From contig JABIQM010000036.1 of the NCBI GenBank assembly GCA_018699415.1, forward strand, positions 61 to 64,060: a stretch of DNA of 64,000 nt, read 5' to 3'. Made by a program: the position numbers and the translations under genes. The notes beneath the pieces were generated by a model. The model ran no database searches. It was not told the DNA's origin and worked only from the letters and a program-made list of their open reading frames with translations. The stretch is from Acidimicrobiaceae bacterium (lineage in GTDB: Bacteria; Actinomycetota; Acidimicrobiia; Acidimicrobiales; Aldehydirespiratoraceae). Of the stretch, positions 1 to 8,452 are shown piece after piece (the stretch's first letter is position 1; every line of letters starts with the position of its first letter).

Positions 1-78
1 ATCTGAAACAATGGCCGGGTGGGGATCTGGCAAGCCAGGCCCCACTTCCCTATGAATTGTGCTGAGTATGATACCAGC

Positions 79-552
79 ATGAGTTCACTCTGGACACCTG
101 GCGGCGAACACGAGGTCCCTCGCGAGCCCGCATCCTCCCCCGACCCTACATCCGGTGACGAGCCGATTGCGGCTGAAACCGGGCTAACCGCCGACATGGA
201 GGACGCTATCGCTGCGGCCCTGCCCGAAGGCGTCCGACTCGATGATCTGACGCCGGAACAGCTTGCCCAGGCCGAAGAAATGGTGGTGGAAATGGCTGAG
301 GCTCGCGAACGGCTGACGTCGACACCGGCATCGACAGTTGTTGCCAACCATGCCATGGGGCTCTACGAACTCGCTGCCCTGCACCTTTCGCAACAGACGC
401 CAAACTTCAGCGAAGCCACCGTCGCCATTGATGGCCTCACCGCGATCGTCGAATCGCTCGCCGGTCGTCTCGGCGATGCTGAGCCAACGCTCCGTGAGGG
501 GCTCGACCAGCTTCGCATGGTCTACGTGCAACTGAAGAACAGCGGCGATTAA
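79..552 (+). CDS. Conserved hypothetical protein, DUF1844-like
   Basis: Starts MSSLWTPGGEH. The C-terminal helical segment (ANHAMGLYELAALHL...AIDGL...LDQLRMVYVQ) resembles actinobacterial DUF1844 proteins. ATG 79 is preferred over GTG 19 because TATGAT (67-72) lies 6 nt upstream. Confidence 0.65.
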   Translation: MSSLWTPGGEHEVPREPASSPDPTSGDEPIAAETGLTADMEDAIAAALPEGVRLDDLTPEQLAQAEEMVVEMAEARERLTSTPASTVVANHAMGLYELAALHLSQQTPNFSEATVAIDGLTAIVESLAGRLGDAEPTLREGLDQLRMVYVQLKNSGD

Positions 553-851
553 CACACGCGCAATAGCGCCGTGACAGCCGCTGCGGCGAGTACGACAGCG
601 AGGAAGGGCGCCCGTCGCCACACGAGAATGCCGGCGACAGCCATCCCCGCGAGTCGCTCGTCGACAACAAGTGACTTCCCTTCGGCAACCGTGAGTTGGA
701 TGATTACTGCCATGACCACGGCTGCCGGCAGTAGACCCATGGCCTGAGCCACGACGGGTTTTCGGCCAAGAACCGGCCCAACCACAAATGCGCCCAGAAG
801 GCGCTGACCCCACACGGCGACGACGAGTGCGATGATCGAGAGCGAGCTCAT
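549..851 (-). CDS. azlD: AzlD-family (LIV-E) amino-acid exporter small subunit
   Basis: 100-aa hydrophobic protein with LLPAAVVMA and WRRAPFLAVVLAAAAVTALLR. ATGA-coupled to the upstream AzlC gene. Confidence 0.8.
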   Translation of the reverse strand: MSSLSIIALVVAVWGQRLLGAFVVGPVLGRKPVVAQAMGLLPAAVVMAVIIQLTVAEGKSLVVDERLAGMAVAGILVWRRAPFLAVVLAAAAVTALLRVC

Positions 852-1543
852 CTCACCGCCTCCGGTCGGCGGAGAATAATTGCCACAGCGACCCCAAGGA
901 CGCTGAGGATGATCGGTATCCCAGCCGGAGCGACAGGCAGCAGCACGATACAGATCAAACCGCCAGCAACAGCAGCGATTCGACCGTCCCCTGAGCGAAT
1001 GAGGTTACCGATGATCGCAAGGAGCGCCGCCGGGAAGACCGCATCGAGACCGAGCCGATCGATATCACCGACCACGTTTCCGATGAACGTGCCAACCAAG
1101 ATTCCGAGGAACCAGCCCATCATCATCGCCCCGGTGGTCCGCCAGAACTCCCGCTCGACATCTTTGGGAGTCTCCTGTTGGACTGCGACAGCCACGTTTG
1201 GATCGAACGCGTTGAGCGCGGCCGCCACCCGCCGCCAGCGCACGTGAGGAAGTCGGGGGTTCAGTGTCATCGACATGATCCCGAATCGGGTGGCGACAAC
1301 CGCCCCAGCCGAAATAGCCGCCCACTCCCCACCCCCGGCGTCGCGAACAGCAAGGTAGGCAAACTGCGACGTTGCCGAGAAGATCACGGATGAGGCGAGC
1401 AGAGCTCGGCCGACCGATGTGCCCCTGTCGATGAGAAGAACCTGCAGCGTCACACCGAGGGCAAAGAAGGTGAGTGCCATCGCAAGCACGTCTGCGCTTC
1501 CCAGCCTCGGTGCCTTCGGCGCGGGTGATTCGGTCTCCGCCAT
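848..1543 (-). CDS. azlC: AzlC-family amino-acid exporter permease
   Basis: SVIFSATSQFA, a GTFIG...GLDAVFPAALLA motif and multiple TM segments. Start set at ATG 1543 to avoid overlap with the upstream gene. Confidence 0.8.
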   Translation of the reverse strand: MAETESPAPKAPRLGSADVLAMALTFFALGVTLQVLLIDRGTSVGRALLASSVIFSATSQFAYLAVRDAGGGEWAAISAGAVVATRFGIMSMTLNPRLPHVRWRRVAAALNAFDPNVAVAVQQETPKDVEREFWRTTGAMMMGWFLGILVGTFIGNVVGDIDRLGLDAVFPAALLAIIGNLIRSGDGRIAAVAGGLICIVLLPVAPAGIPIILSVLGVAVAIILRRPEAVR

Positions 1544-1607
1544 CACCGCAGTGTGCCGTGTTGGAACTGCCTCAGTAAAGCTGAGCGCCCGGTCGCCCTG
1601 ACCCCAG

Positions 1608-2405
1608 TCAGACCGCGACGAGCACCGCCCCAGCAACCACCAGCACAGCCCCCACTACGAGCCGTCGGGTGAGTGTGCGGGGAACGAGAGCCAGGCCAAA
1701 GAGAATCGAGGTTGCACGCAAGGTCGCGATGTTGGCGGCATCGCCCCTCGTGTAAGCGAGCAGGACGAGGCCATACGCCGTAGCGGAGGCAATCCCGACC
1801 TTGACCCCGTCGCCCAGCGACGAACGAACTTGAGCCGGCCCGAGTCCCGTGATACTCGTGAGCAGGGCGACTCCGAGGAGCGACGAGACGGAGTAGAAGC
1901 CGAGGGCTCCGGTCTGGGAGACCCCCTTCGCATCGACAAGCGTGTAGCTGGCGATGAATCCGCCGGTGATCAATGCCATCACGACAGCGGTCCGCTCGCC
2001 GATACCGAAGGCCACGCCGCCGACCAGCATCAGCCCGAGGGCGACGAGTATCGCTCCGACTACCAAGAAGGCGGTCGGAGCCTGATCCAGAAACCAGATC
2101 CCACCAACCGCCACCAGCAGTGGCGCTGTTCCTCGCGCCAAAGGATACGTCGTGGCCAAGCCACCTCGGTCATAGGCACCGGCCAAAAACCATATGTACC
2201 CCGAATGAGCGACGGTGCTAGCCAACAAGAGCGGCCACGCGTTGAACGGTGGATCGATGATCGCGAATGGGAGCAGCAAAACACCGCCAACCAAATAGGA
2301 GATCGTGAGCGTGGCGTAGCGATCCTCGCCCGCGTGCATTCGTGCGTTCCACCAGGCGTGGACGAAGGCGGAGCTGAGAACGAGCGCCAGAGCGACCGCG
2401 CTCAT
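1608..2405 (-). CDS. EamA/DMT-family transporter
   Basis: Twofold repeated hydrophobic domain with SAFVHAWWN, YPLARGTAP, IASYTLVD and ATLRATSILF motifs. Confidence 0.85.
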   Translation of the reverse strand: MSAVALALVLSSAFVHAWWNARMHAGEDRYATLTISYLVGGVLLLPFAIIDPPFNAWPLLLASTVAHSGYIWFLAGAYDRGGLATTYPLARGTAPLLVAVGGIWFLDQAPTAFLVVGAILVALGLMLVGGVAFGIGERTAVVMALITGGFIASYTLVDAKGVSQTGALGFYSVSSLLGVALLTSITGLGPAQVRSSLGDGVKVGIASATAYGLVLLAYTRGDAANIATLRATSILFGLALVPRTLTRRLVVGAVLVVAGAVLVAV

Positions 2406-2411
2406 GTGCGG

Positions 2412-2633
2412 TCAGCCTGCCGAGCGGATGTCGGTAGCTTCCCAGCAACCGTGATGGGCCGCCCGGAGCACGAAGTCAACCACGCTCTGCACAGCAATCG
2501 CCCGGCTGCCGTCGGCAATTGCGGTGCAGTGAAACGGCCATGTGTCATCGCCGGATTCAAGCACGCCTAGACCGGATGCGTCGTTGAATGACCGCACGGA
2601 ACCCCGGCGCTGTTTGGATGGTGCCGTGATCAC
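2412..2633 (-). CDS. Divergent cold-shock-domain (OB-fold) small protein
   Basis: GSVRSFNDASGLGVL...WPFHCTAI...V.F...EATDI parallels the CSD pattern GxVKWFNxxKGFGFI...FVHxSAI...VxF...AxxV. Its GTG overlaps the hisG stop (GTGA). Confidence 0.6.
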   Translation of the reverse strand: MITAPSKQRRGSVRSFNDASGLGVLESGDDTWPFHCTAIADGSRAIAVQSVVDFVLRAAHHGCWEATDIRSAG

Positions 2634-3505
2634 GGGACGATCTTGGTGATCGGCATCTCAACGATGCCGCTGGCACCCTTGTCCCGAAGCTGCGGGATGA
2701 GGATGTTGATCTCGCTCTTCGGCACAACCGTCTCCACCGCGTAACCGGCACCTCGGAACAGTTCGCTGACCGTCGGCGCCTTCATGGAAGGCAGGACGTC
2801 AATCACGGCATCGAGACACTCCGTCGGCACGTTCATTTTGACAAGAACCTTGCCCCGAGCATCGAGCACACCCTGCAGCAGGGTATGGATCTGACGCATG
2901 GCGTGGGCCTTGTCGGGATCTGCAGCAGCCATCGGATTCGCGATGAGTTCGGTGTAACTCGTGACCAACGTTTCCATGATGCGGAGGCCGGCAGCCTTGA
3001 GCGCACGCCCGGTCTCAGTGATGTCGACCACGACATCGACGATGTCAGGGACTTTGGCTTCGGTGGCGCCATAGCTGAGACGAACATCGGCATCGATGCC
3101 GGCAGCTTCGAGGTGGCGAGCCGTGATCTCAGGGTATTCGGTACTCACGCGCACACCGGCCGGCAAGTCGTTGATCGACTGCCACGGCGAGTCTTCGGGG
3201 ACCGCCATCACGATGCGAACAGGCTTCGACGTAGCCTTCGAGTACTTCATCTCCCCGAGCGAAACGACCTCACTGGAAGTTTCTTCGATCCAATCCCTAC
3301 CCGTGATCCCGATGTCGAACAGGCCATCGGCGACATAGGTCGGGATCTCCTGGGGGCGCAAGACTCGAACCGACTCGATTCGAGGGTCGTTGATCGTGGC
3401 CTTGTACGTGACCGACGACGAGCGTTCGACCGGCAGGTCCGCGGCGTCAAACAACTCAAGGGTGGGTTTCTCGAGAGAACCCTTGGGAAGGACGAGTTTG
3501 AGCAC
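2630..3505 (-). CDS. hisG: ATP phosphoribosyltransferase, long form
   Basis: LPKGSL, RPQEIPTYV, DIGITGRDWIEE, SYGATEA, DITETGRAL. The C-terminal regulatory domain is present (PSMKAPTVSEL, GASGIVE). Confidence 0.95.
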   Translation of the reverse strand: MLKLVLPKGSLEKPTLELFDAADLPVERSSSVTYKATINDPRIESVRVLRPQEIPTYVADGLFDIGITGRDWIEETSSEVVSLGEMKYSKATSKPVRIVMAVPEDSPWQSINDLPAGVRVSTEYPEITARHLEAAGIDADVRLSYGATEAKVPDIVDVVVDITETGRALKAAGLRIMETLVTSYTELIANPMAAADPDKAHAMRQIHTLLQGVLDARGKVLVKMNVPTECLDAVIDVLPSMKAPTVSELFRGAGYAVETVVPKSEINILIPQLRDKGASGIVEMPITKIVP

Positions 3506-3666
3506 GATGGATTCCTAACCAGCAGTCTTTATGGGAGGGAGACCAGATTGACGTTATCCGCCTGTGCTACCCCCGGCTCTGAATTTCGCCATGATCCGAA
3601 CGTCGCTTCCGAGCAGTGAAATATCGCCCTACGGCTGACAACTGCACGGTTCGGAGAGGTTGGCCA

Positions 3667-4170
3667 TCAGTGCCCGTGACTGCTTCCCTGCCCCTCTCCA
3701 GACGGGTGGGGGTCGTAGTTGTCGATGAGCAACTTCACTGCGTGGGGCAGTACGTCAATCACGGCGTCCACCGTCTCCACGCAGCCCTTCGCCGATCCGG
3801 GCGTGTTGATAATCAGCGCTGTGTCGAGCGTCCCGCAGACGGCTCGGCTCAGCCGACCGAGCGGGTTGACCAGTCGCATCGCCTCCGCCAGACCTGGGGC
3901 CTCTCGGTCGATCACGGCGCGGGTGCCCTCGGGTGTGCGGTCACGCGGGCCGAACCCGGTGCCACCAGTCGTGACAATCAGGCCGTGATAGTCGGCGGCC
4001 AGACCCCGCAGGGACTCGGCCACGGGCCCCGCACCGTCCTCGGTGACAGACCGCTCGACCACATCCCATCCTGCCTCAATAAAGTGCGCCTCGAGAATGG
4101 CGCCAGATTTGTCCTCGCGCGTTCCGTGAACAACGCCATCGGACACAGTCAGAATCTTCACCGGCAACAT
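3667..4170 (-). CDS. MogA/MoaB-family molybdenum cofactor biosynthesis protein
   Basis: ILTVSD, REDKSG, TTGGTGFGPRDRTPEGT, PGLAEAMR, INTPGS. Confidence 0.9.
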   Translation of the reverse strand: MLPVKILTVSDGVVHGTREDKSGAILEAHFIEAGWDVVERSVTEDGAGPVAESLRGLAADYHGLIVTTGGTGFGPRDRTPEGTRAVIDREAPGLAEAMRLVNPLGRLSRAVCGTLDTALIINTPGSAKGCVETVDAVIDVLPHAVKLLIDNYDPHPSGEGQGSSHGH

Positions 4171-4183
4171 GGCCTGAGGCTAG

Positions 4184-5320
4184 CTACTCGGCCCGCCGCC
4201 AGCGTGCGATTGCCATGCCATCATGATCGGCGTCTGGCACGAGAAGGTGGGTTGGCCCCCCGAACGCAGCCCAATCCCCCTCCGGGGCATCGAGTGGCTC
4301 ATAGCCCAGCTCACTCAAGCGAGGAGCAACGCTCTCCACCACACCGATCGACTCAGCGGCGGTAAGCGTGCAGACGCTGTAGATGAGATACCCGGCGGGT
4401 CGCACCAGATCCGCCGCTGCTGTAAGGATTTTTTGCTGGAGAACGGCGAGTTCGGTGACATCTTTGGCCGTGATGCGCCAGCGAGCATCAGCACGTCGCC
4501 TCAGTGCGCCAATTCCCGAACAGGGAGCATCAACAAGAACCGCATCGAATCTGGCCGATGGGAACGGCGGGGCCGTGCCATCGGACTGCACCACGTGGAG
4601 ATCGTCAATCTCTAAACGATCCCGATTATCGACAACAAGACCGACGCGAGAAAGACGTTGGTCAGCGGCGATGACACGCATACCTCGGTGGGCGAGAGCC
4701 GTTGACTTACCACCCGGGGCAGCACACAAGTCAACAACGATGTCGCCGGGTTCACCGGGTACCAAAGCCGCCACAAGCTGAGAGCTCGGGTCTTGGACGT
4801 AGCCGTCGTCACGATGATGCACGGTGGCGGGTTCGTTCATCTGGCGCAGGGCGGCCAGCGCCCGTTCTTCTCCAAGGTCAGTCGTGAGTCGTTCGACTAT
4901 CCAGTCCGGATAGCTCAGCTCGATCGCCTGAGTCGGGAAGGTCACACCATCCTTGATCGCTGCAGCTACCTTTCGCAAAATGGCGTTGACAAGACCACGA
5001 AAACGCTTCGGGGAGGCATCGACTGTTGCCGACACTGCGGCGTGGGGAGGGGTGCCAAGGTTGACGAGTTGATGAGCGCCAATGCGCAGCGCCGCTCGGG
5101 CCGCAGGCGGTGGATCCTGGATCAGGAACCGGTCGACCAGATGATCTAGTGCTCGCTTCTGACGCGTCGACCCGTAGACAAGCTCTGTCGCGAATCCCTT
5201 GTCACGAGGCTCCATGTCCACCTCGGCGAGCATCTTGGGCAGCAGGACGTTGGCGTAGGCGCCGTCCTCATCAATTCGTTGGATGGCCGCTATCGCTACG
5301 CGGCGAGGATCATCGGTCAT
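4184..5320 (-). CDS. rsmB: 16S rRNA m5C methyltransferase RsmB/Sun (NusB-like N-domain, compact form)
   Basis: NusB-like domain (ATELVYG, LVNAILRK), YVQDPSSQ, DLCAAPGGKS, LVDAPCSG, YSVCT. Conserved def-fmt-rsmB order. Confidence 0.88.
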   Translation of the reverse strand: MTDDPRRVAIAAIQRIDEDGAYANVLLPKMLAEVDMEPRDKGFATELVYGSTRQKRALDHLVDRFLIQDPPPAARAALRIGAHQLVNLGTPPHAAVSATVDASPKRFRGLVNAILRKVAAAIKDGVTFPTQAIELSYPDWIVERLTTDLGEERALAALRQMNEPATVHHRDDGYVQDPSSQLVAALVPGEPGDIVVDLCAAPGGKSTALAHRGMRVIAADQRLSRVGLVVDNRDRLEIDDLHVVQSDGTAPPFPSARFDAVLVDAPCSGIGALRRRADARWRITAKDVTELAVLQQKILTAAADLVRPAGYLIYSVCTLTAAESIGVVESVAPRLSELGYEPLDAPEGDWAAFGGPTHLLVPDADHDGMAIARWRRAE

Positions 5321-6207
5321 CCACCAAGCCTGTCGTCAGAGGTCAGCTGAGCGCCGTTTCGCCAGGCGGTCGCCTCCTGGCGAGGCTTGCCCTCGGCCTG
5401 GACCTCAGCCAGTTGCAGAGCGCCGGTACCCGTGCCGACACACAATCCGTCGAATTCGCCAGGCTCCAGATAAGCCGCCAGTTCAGTTCGAGATGTGCGG
5501 TGGATTTTGAACCGCTTACCGCGGAAGCTCGTGAACGCGCCACCGACCCTGACACGACGATGAATCTCGTCAGCATCATCGGTCCAATCAAGCTCACGTT
5601 CTTTGCTCGTGATTTTCTTGGCGTACATCGGCTCGCCTTCCTGAGGAACAGGCTCGCCAAGACCAACAGCGAGCGCCTCCACGAGTTGACGGGTGCCTAT
5701 CTCCACCAGCCGGCCGCGAAGTTCTTCAAGGTCTTCGTCACCATCGATTTCGACATCGGTACGGCGATACACGGCCCCGGTGTCGAGTTCTTGCTCAAGG
5801 GCCATCAGGCATACCCCGGTGTGGCGGTCTCCGGCAAGGATTGCTCGTTCGACGGGTGCTGCTCCACGCCAGCGAGGCAGCAACGAGAAGTGGATGTTGA
5901 CAAAGGCGAACTGGTCAAGGAACGCGCTGGGGATGATACGGCCGTAGGCCACCACCACAGCGAGATCAGCATCGATGTCATGAAGAGCCGAAAGATCATC
6001 GGTGACCGGCAACCCCAGCTCACGTGCCGCCACCGTCACCGGCGATGCGGTGAGCCCTTTACCTCGGCCGCGTCGAGCGTCTGGGCGAGAAACAACGAGT
6101 GGAATGCTATAGCCAGCCTCGTGCAGCGCGAGTAGAGGCGGAACAGCAAGCGCGGGGGTACCGAGATAGACGACCCGCGAAATCTCCGCCGGTGGCGGGA
6201 TGCTCAC
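5317..6207 (-). CDS. fmt: Methionyl-tRNA formyltransferase
   Basis: YLGTP, VVAYGRII, NIHFSLLPRWRGAAPVERAI, LDTG. Confidence 0.95.
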   Translation of the reverse strand: MSIPPPAEISRVVYLGTPALAVPPLLALHEAGYSIPLVVSRPDARRGRGKGLTASPVTVAARELGLPVTDDLSALHDIDADLAVVVAYGRIIPSAFLDQFAFVNIHFSLLPRWRGAAPVERAILAGDRHTGVCLMALEQELDTGAVYRRTDVEIDGDEDLEELRGRLVEIGTRQLVEALAVGLGEPVPQEGEPMYAKKITSKERELDWTDDADEIHRRVRVGGAFTSFRGKRFKIHRTSRTELAAYLEPGEFDGLCVGTGTGALQLAEVQAEGKPRQEATAWRNGAQLTSDDRLGG

Positions 6208-6731
6208 GGCAGCCGCAGCTCGTTCGTCGCTGGCGGCGCGCCCTGACCAAGTTGCAGGTCGCGGATGGTCTTGAGGGCAACCTTGCGGGTCTCCTCGTCG
6301 AGCCGCTCGATAAGCAGCGTGCCTTCGAGATGGTCGAGTTCGTGTTGGAACAGGCGGGCTTCAAGTTCATCGGCTTCAAACGACATCTCGTTGCCATCCA
6401 TGTCCCGGCCCACGATGTGCACGATCTTCGGACGGGTGATCTCCCACGACAAGCCGGGAACCGAAAGGCATCCTTCTTCGAAGATCCACTCGCCCTCAGA
6501 CTCCACAATCTCTGGGTTCACGATCGTCTGCGGGCCCATGCCGACGTCCCAAACGAAGAGACGCTTCTGCACGCCAACTTGCGGCGCAGCCAAACCGATA
6601 CCTGGCGCCTCGTACATCGTTTCGAGCATGTCGTCGACAAGACGTACCAGTTTTCCATCGATGTCAGTGATCGGCTTCGCCTCCTGGCGCAACACTGGAT
6701 CCCCGATAACACGTATGTCATAAGCGGCCAT
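6204..6731 (-). CDS. def: Peptide deformylase
   Basis: GIGLAAPQVG, EGCLS, QHELDHLEG motifs. ATG 6731 is preceded by TAGCCT at 7 nt. Confidence 0.95.
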   Translation of the reverse strand: MAAYDIRVIGDPVLRQEAKPITDIDGKLVRLVDDMLETMYEAPGIGLAAPQVGVQKRLFVWDVGMGPQTIVNPEIVESEGEWIFEEGCLSVPGLSWEITRPKIVHIVGRDMDGNEMSFEADELEARLFQHELDHLEGTLLIERLDEETRKVALKTIRDLQLGQGAPPATNELRLP

Positions 6732-6770
6732 AGGTACCAGGCTACCCAGCAGCCGGGTACCGTCGTCGAC

Positions 6771-7376
6771 GTGTCCGACACTCACTATTTCGACGACGAC
6801 CCATCGGTGGCCAGTTCGCCTTCGTTGATCGAGGTCAATTTGCCGGACCTGTCAGTCATGCTTACCTCCGATCGCGGCGTCTTCTCCGCCGACAAACTCG
6901 ATGTCGGCACCAAACTTCTGCTCCTCGAAGCCCCGCCACTCAAACCCAACGATGACGTGATCCTCGACATCGGCTGCGGATGGGGACCGATTGCCTGTGT
7001 CGCCGCTACCAGGGCGCCTCATGCCCAGGTTTGGGCCATCGACGTCAACGAACGGGCACGCTCACTGACTGCGGGGAACGCAGAGTCCCTCGGTGCCGGC
7101 GAGCGAGTCCATGTCGCAGCCCCTGATGACGTTCCAGACGATCTTGTCGTCAACCGAATTCTCAGCAACCCCCCGATTCGGGTCGGGAAGAAGTCACTCC
7201 ACGAGATTCTGCTTCGCTGGCTGCCCCACCTCGCCCCGAACGGCATGGCCCATCTGGTGGTTCAACGCCATCTCGGCGCCGACTCACTCGCCCGCTGGCT
7301 CATCGAGCAGGGGTATCCCACCAAACGGCTAGCGGTTCGAGCCGGTTTTCGAATCCTGGAGGTACGACCATCATGA
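6771..7376 (+). CDS. MTS-domain (RsmC-like) class I SAM-dependent methyltransferase
   Basis: HYF, GVFSADKLDVGTKLLL, LDIGCGWGPI, DVNERA, SNPPIRVGK. The 6099 start of the ORF track is an antisense extension over def. Confidence 0.85.
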   Translation: MSDTHYFDDDPSVASSPSLIEVNLPDLSVMLTSDRGVFSADKLDVGTKLLLLEAPPLKPNDDVILDIGCGWGPIACVAATRAPHAQVWAIDVNERARSLTAGNAESLGAGERVHVAAPDDVPDDLVVNRILSNPPIRVGKKSLHEILLRWLPHLAPNGMAHLVVQRHLGADSLARWLIEQGYPTKRLAVRAGFRILEVRPS

Positions 7377-7963
7377 GTCAACTCGACGGCACCGGCATGA
7401 AACGACTGCACCGCGAGTGGCGGCGCCGCACGACTGGACGACTCGCACTCGTGCTCGACAACGTGCAGAACCCATTCAACATCGGGTCCATCGTGCGCAC
7501 GGCCGCGGCCGAACGCGTCGATCACATCTTCATTGGTGGTGGGACCGAGCCATCACACGACAAGGTCAACAAGACCGCCCTCGGCACCGCCCGGTACCTG
7601 ACATGGGAGGTATTCGCTGATGGGCCAACTGCCGTCGCTGCGGCAAAGACTGAGGGATACCGCACCGTTGCAGTCGAACTCACCTCCGAAGCAGTGCCAC
7701 TGCACGAGGTCGAGATGGGAACCGATGTCGCTCTCGTCATCGGTCATGAAGACCGGGGTGTCACCGCCGCGACCCTTCGCCTCTGTGACGCCGTCGCCTT
7801 TATCCCCCAACTCGGCAAGGTCGGCTCGCTCAACGTCGCTGCTGCGACATCAATTGCCATCTACGAAGCCCGCCGTCGCAGCTGGACGGGCAACGAAATC
7901 ACGCCGAATCTGCTCCCGGCGTCAGGTCGTCTCGCGACAGACGTCGAGGATCTCATCGAGTAA
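7373..7963 (+). CDS. TrmH/SpoU-family RNA 2'-O-methyltransferase
   Basis: LDNVQNPFNIGSIVRTA, IGHEDRGV, IPQLGKVGSLNVAAA SPOUT motifs. ATGA-coupled to the MTS gene. Confidence 0.9.
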   Translation: MSQLDGTGMKRLHREWRRRTTGRLALVLDNVQNPFNIGSIVRTAAAERVDHIFIGGGTEPSHDKVNKTALGTARYLTWEVFADGPTAVAAAKTEGYRTVAVELTSEAVPLHEVEMGTDVALVIGHEDRGVTAATLRLCDAVAFIPQLGKVGSLNVAAATSIAIYEARRRSWTGNEITPNLLPASGRLATDVEDLIE

Positions 7964-8449
7964 ACGGAAGTCGGCGTCAAGGCCAAGTGTGACGCCGCAC
8001 TCGATGTAGAAGTCGGCCCCATCGATGAACGCAGCGACAAACACGACAGGAGCATCGGCGCTGGTGCGCGCTTCGAGTACTCGATAGTCCTCACCGAACT
8101 CGTCGCGAATGACATCGAGTTCAGCGCTGGCCGCGAGCGCTTGACGAAACGTGGGAAGGGAGGCACCTATACCGAGCCATTCGTCAAGCGTGCGCTTCTC
8201 GCAGCCTGTGGGCCCGCAGGCCCGAGCAATCGTCCATCTATCGAGAATCTGAGCCACACCCGAGTCGGGGGTAAACTCGAATGCGAACTGCTCGCTGCGC
8301 TGCCACCCCTCGGGGATCTTGGTAACGAGTCCCTCCTCCGTTGTGATCGACTCCATCGGAGGGCTGTCTGCGGGTGCTGTCATCACCAAAACAAAGCCGC
8401 AGATGCCGAGCAGCAGAAGAACGAGAAGAGGTATCTGACGGCGGCGCAC
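7922..8449 (-). CDS. Hypothetical exported or membrane-anchored protein
   Basis: Basic N-terminus plus hydrophobic helix (RRRQIPLLVLLLLGICGFVLV) and an acidic soluble domain. Lies 3 nt after the priA stop. Confidence 0.6.
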   Translation of the reverse strand: MRRRQIPLLVLLLLGICGFVLVMTAPADSPPMESITTEEGLVTKIPEGWQRSEQFAFEFTPDSGVAQILDRWTIARACGPTGCEKRTLDEWLGIGASLPTFRQALAASAELDVIRDEFGEDYRVLEARTSADAPVVFVAAFIDGADFYIECGVTLGLDADFRLLDEILDVCRETT

Positions 8450-8452
8450 AGC

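Noticed and set aside
3506-3666. Possible His attenuator or leader peptide upstream of hisG
   Set aside because: I found no His-codon run, terminator/antiterminator pair or T-box motif.
6099-6770. Apparent 224-aa N-terminal extension of the MTS methyltransferase, suggesting a fusion
   Set aside because: It is the antisense of def. Homology begins at VSDTHYF (6771).
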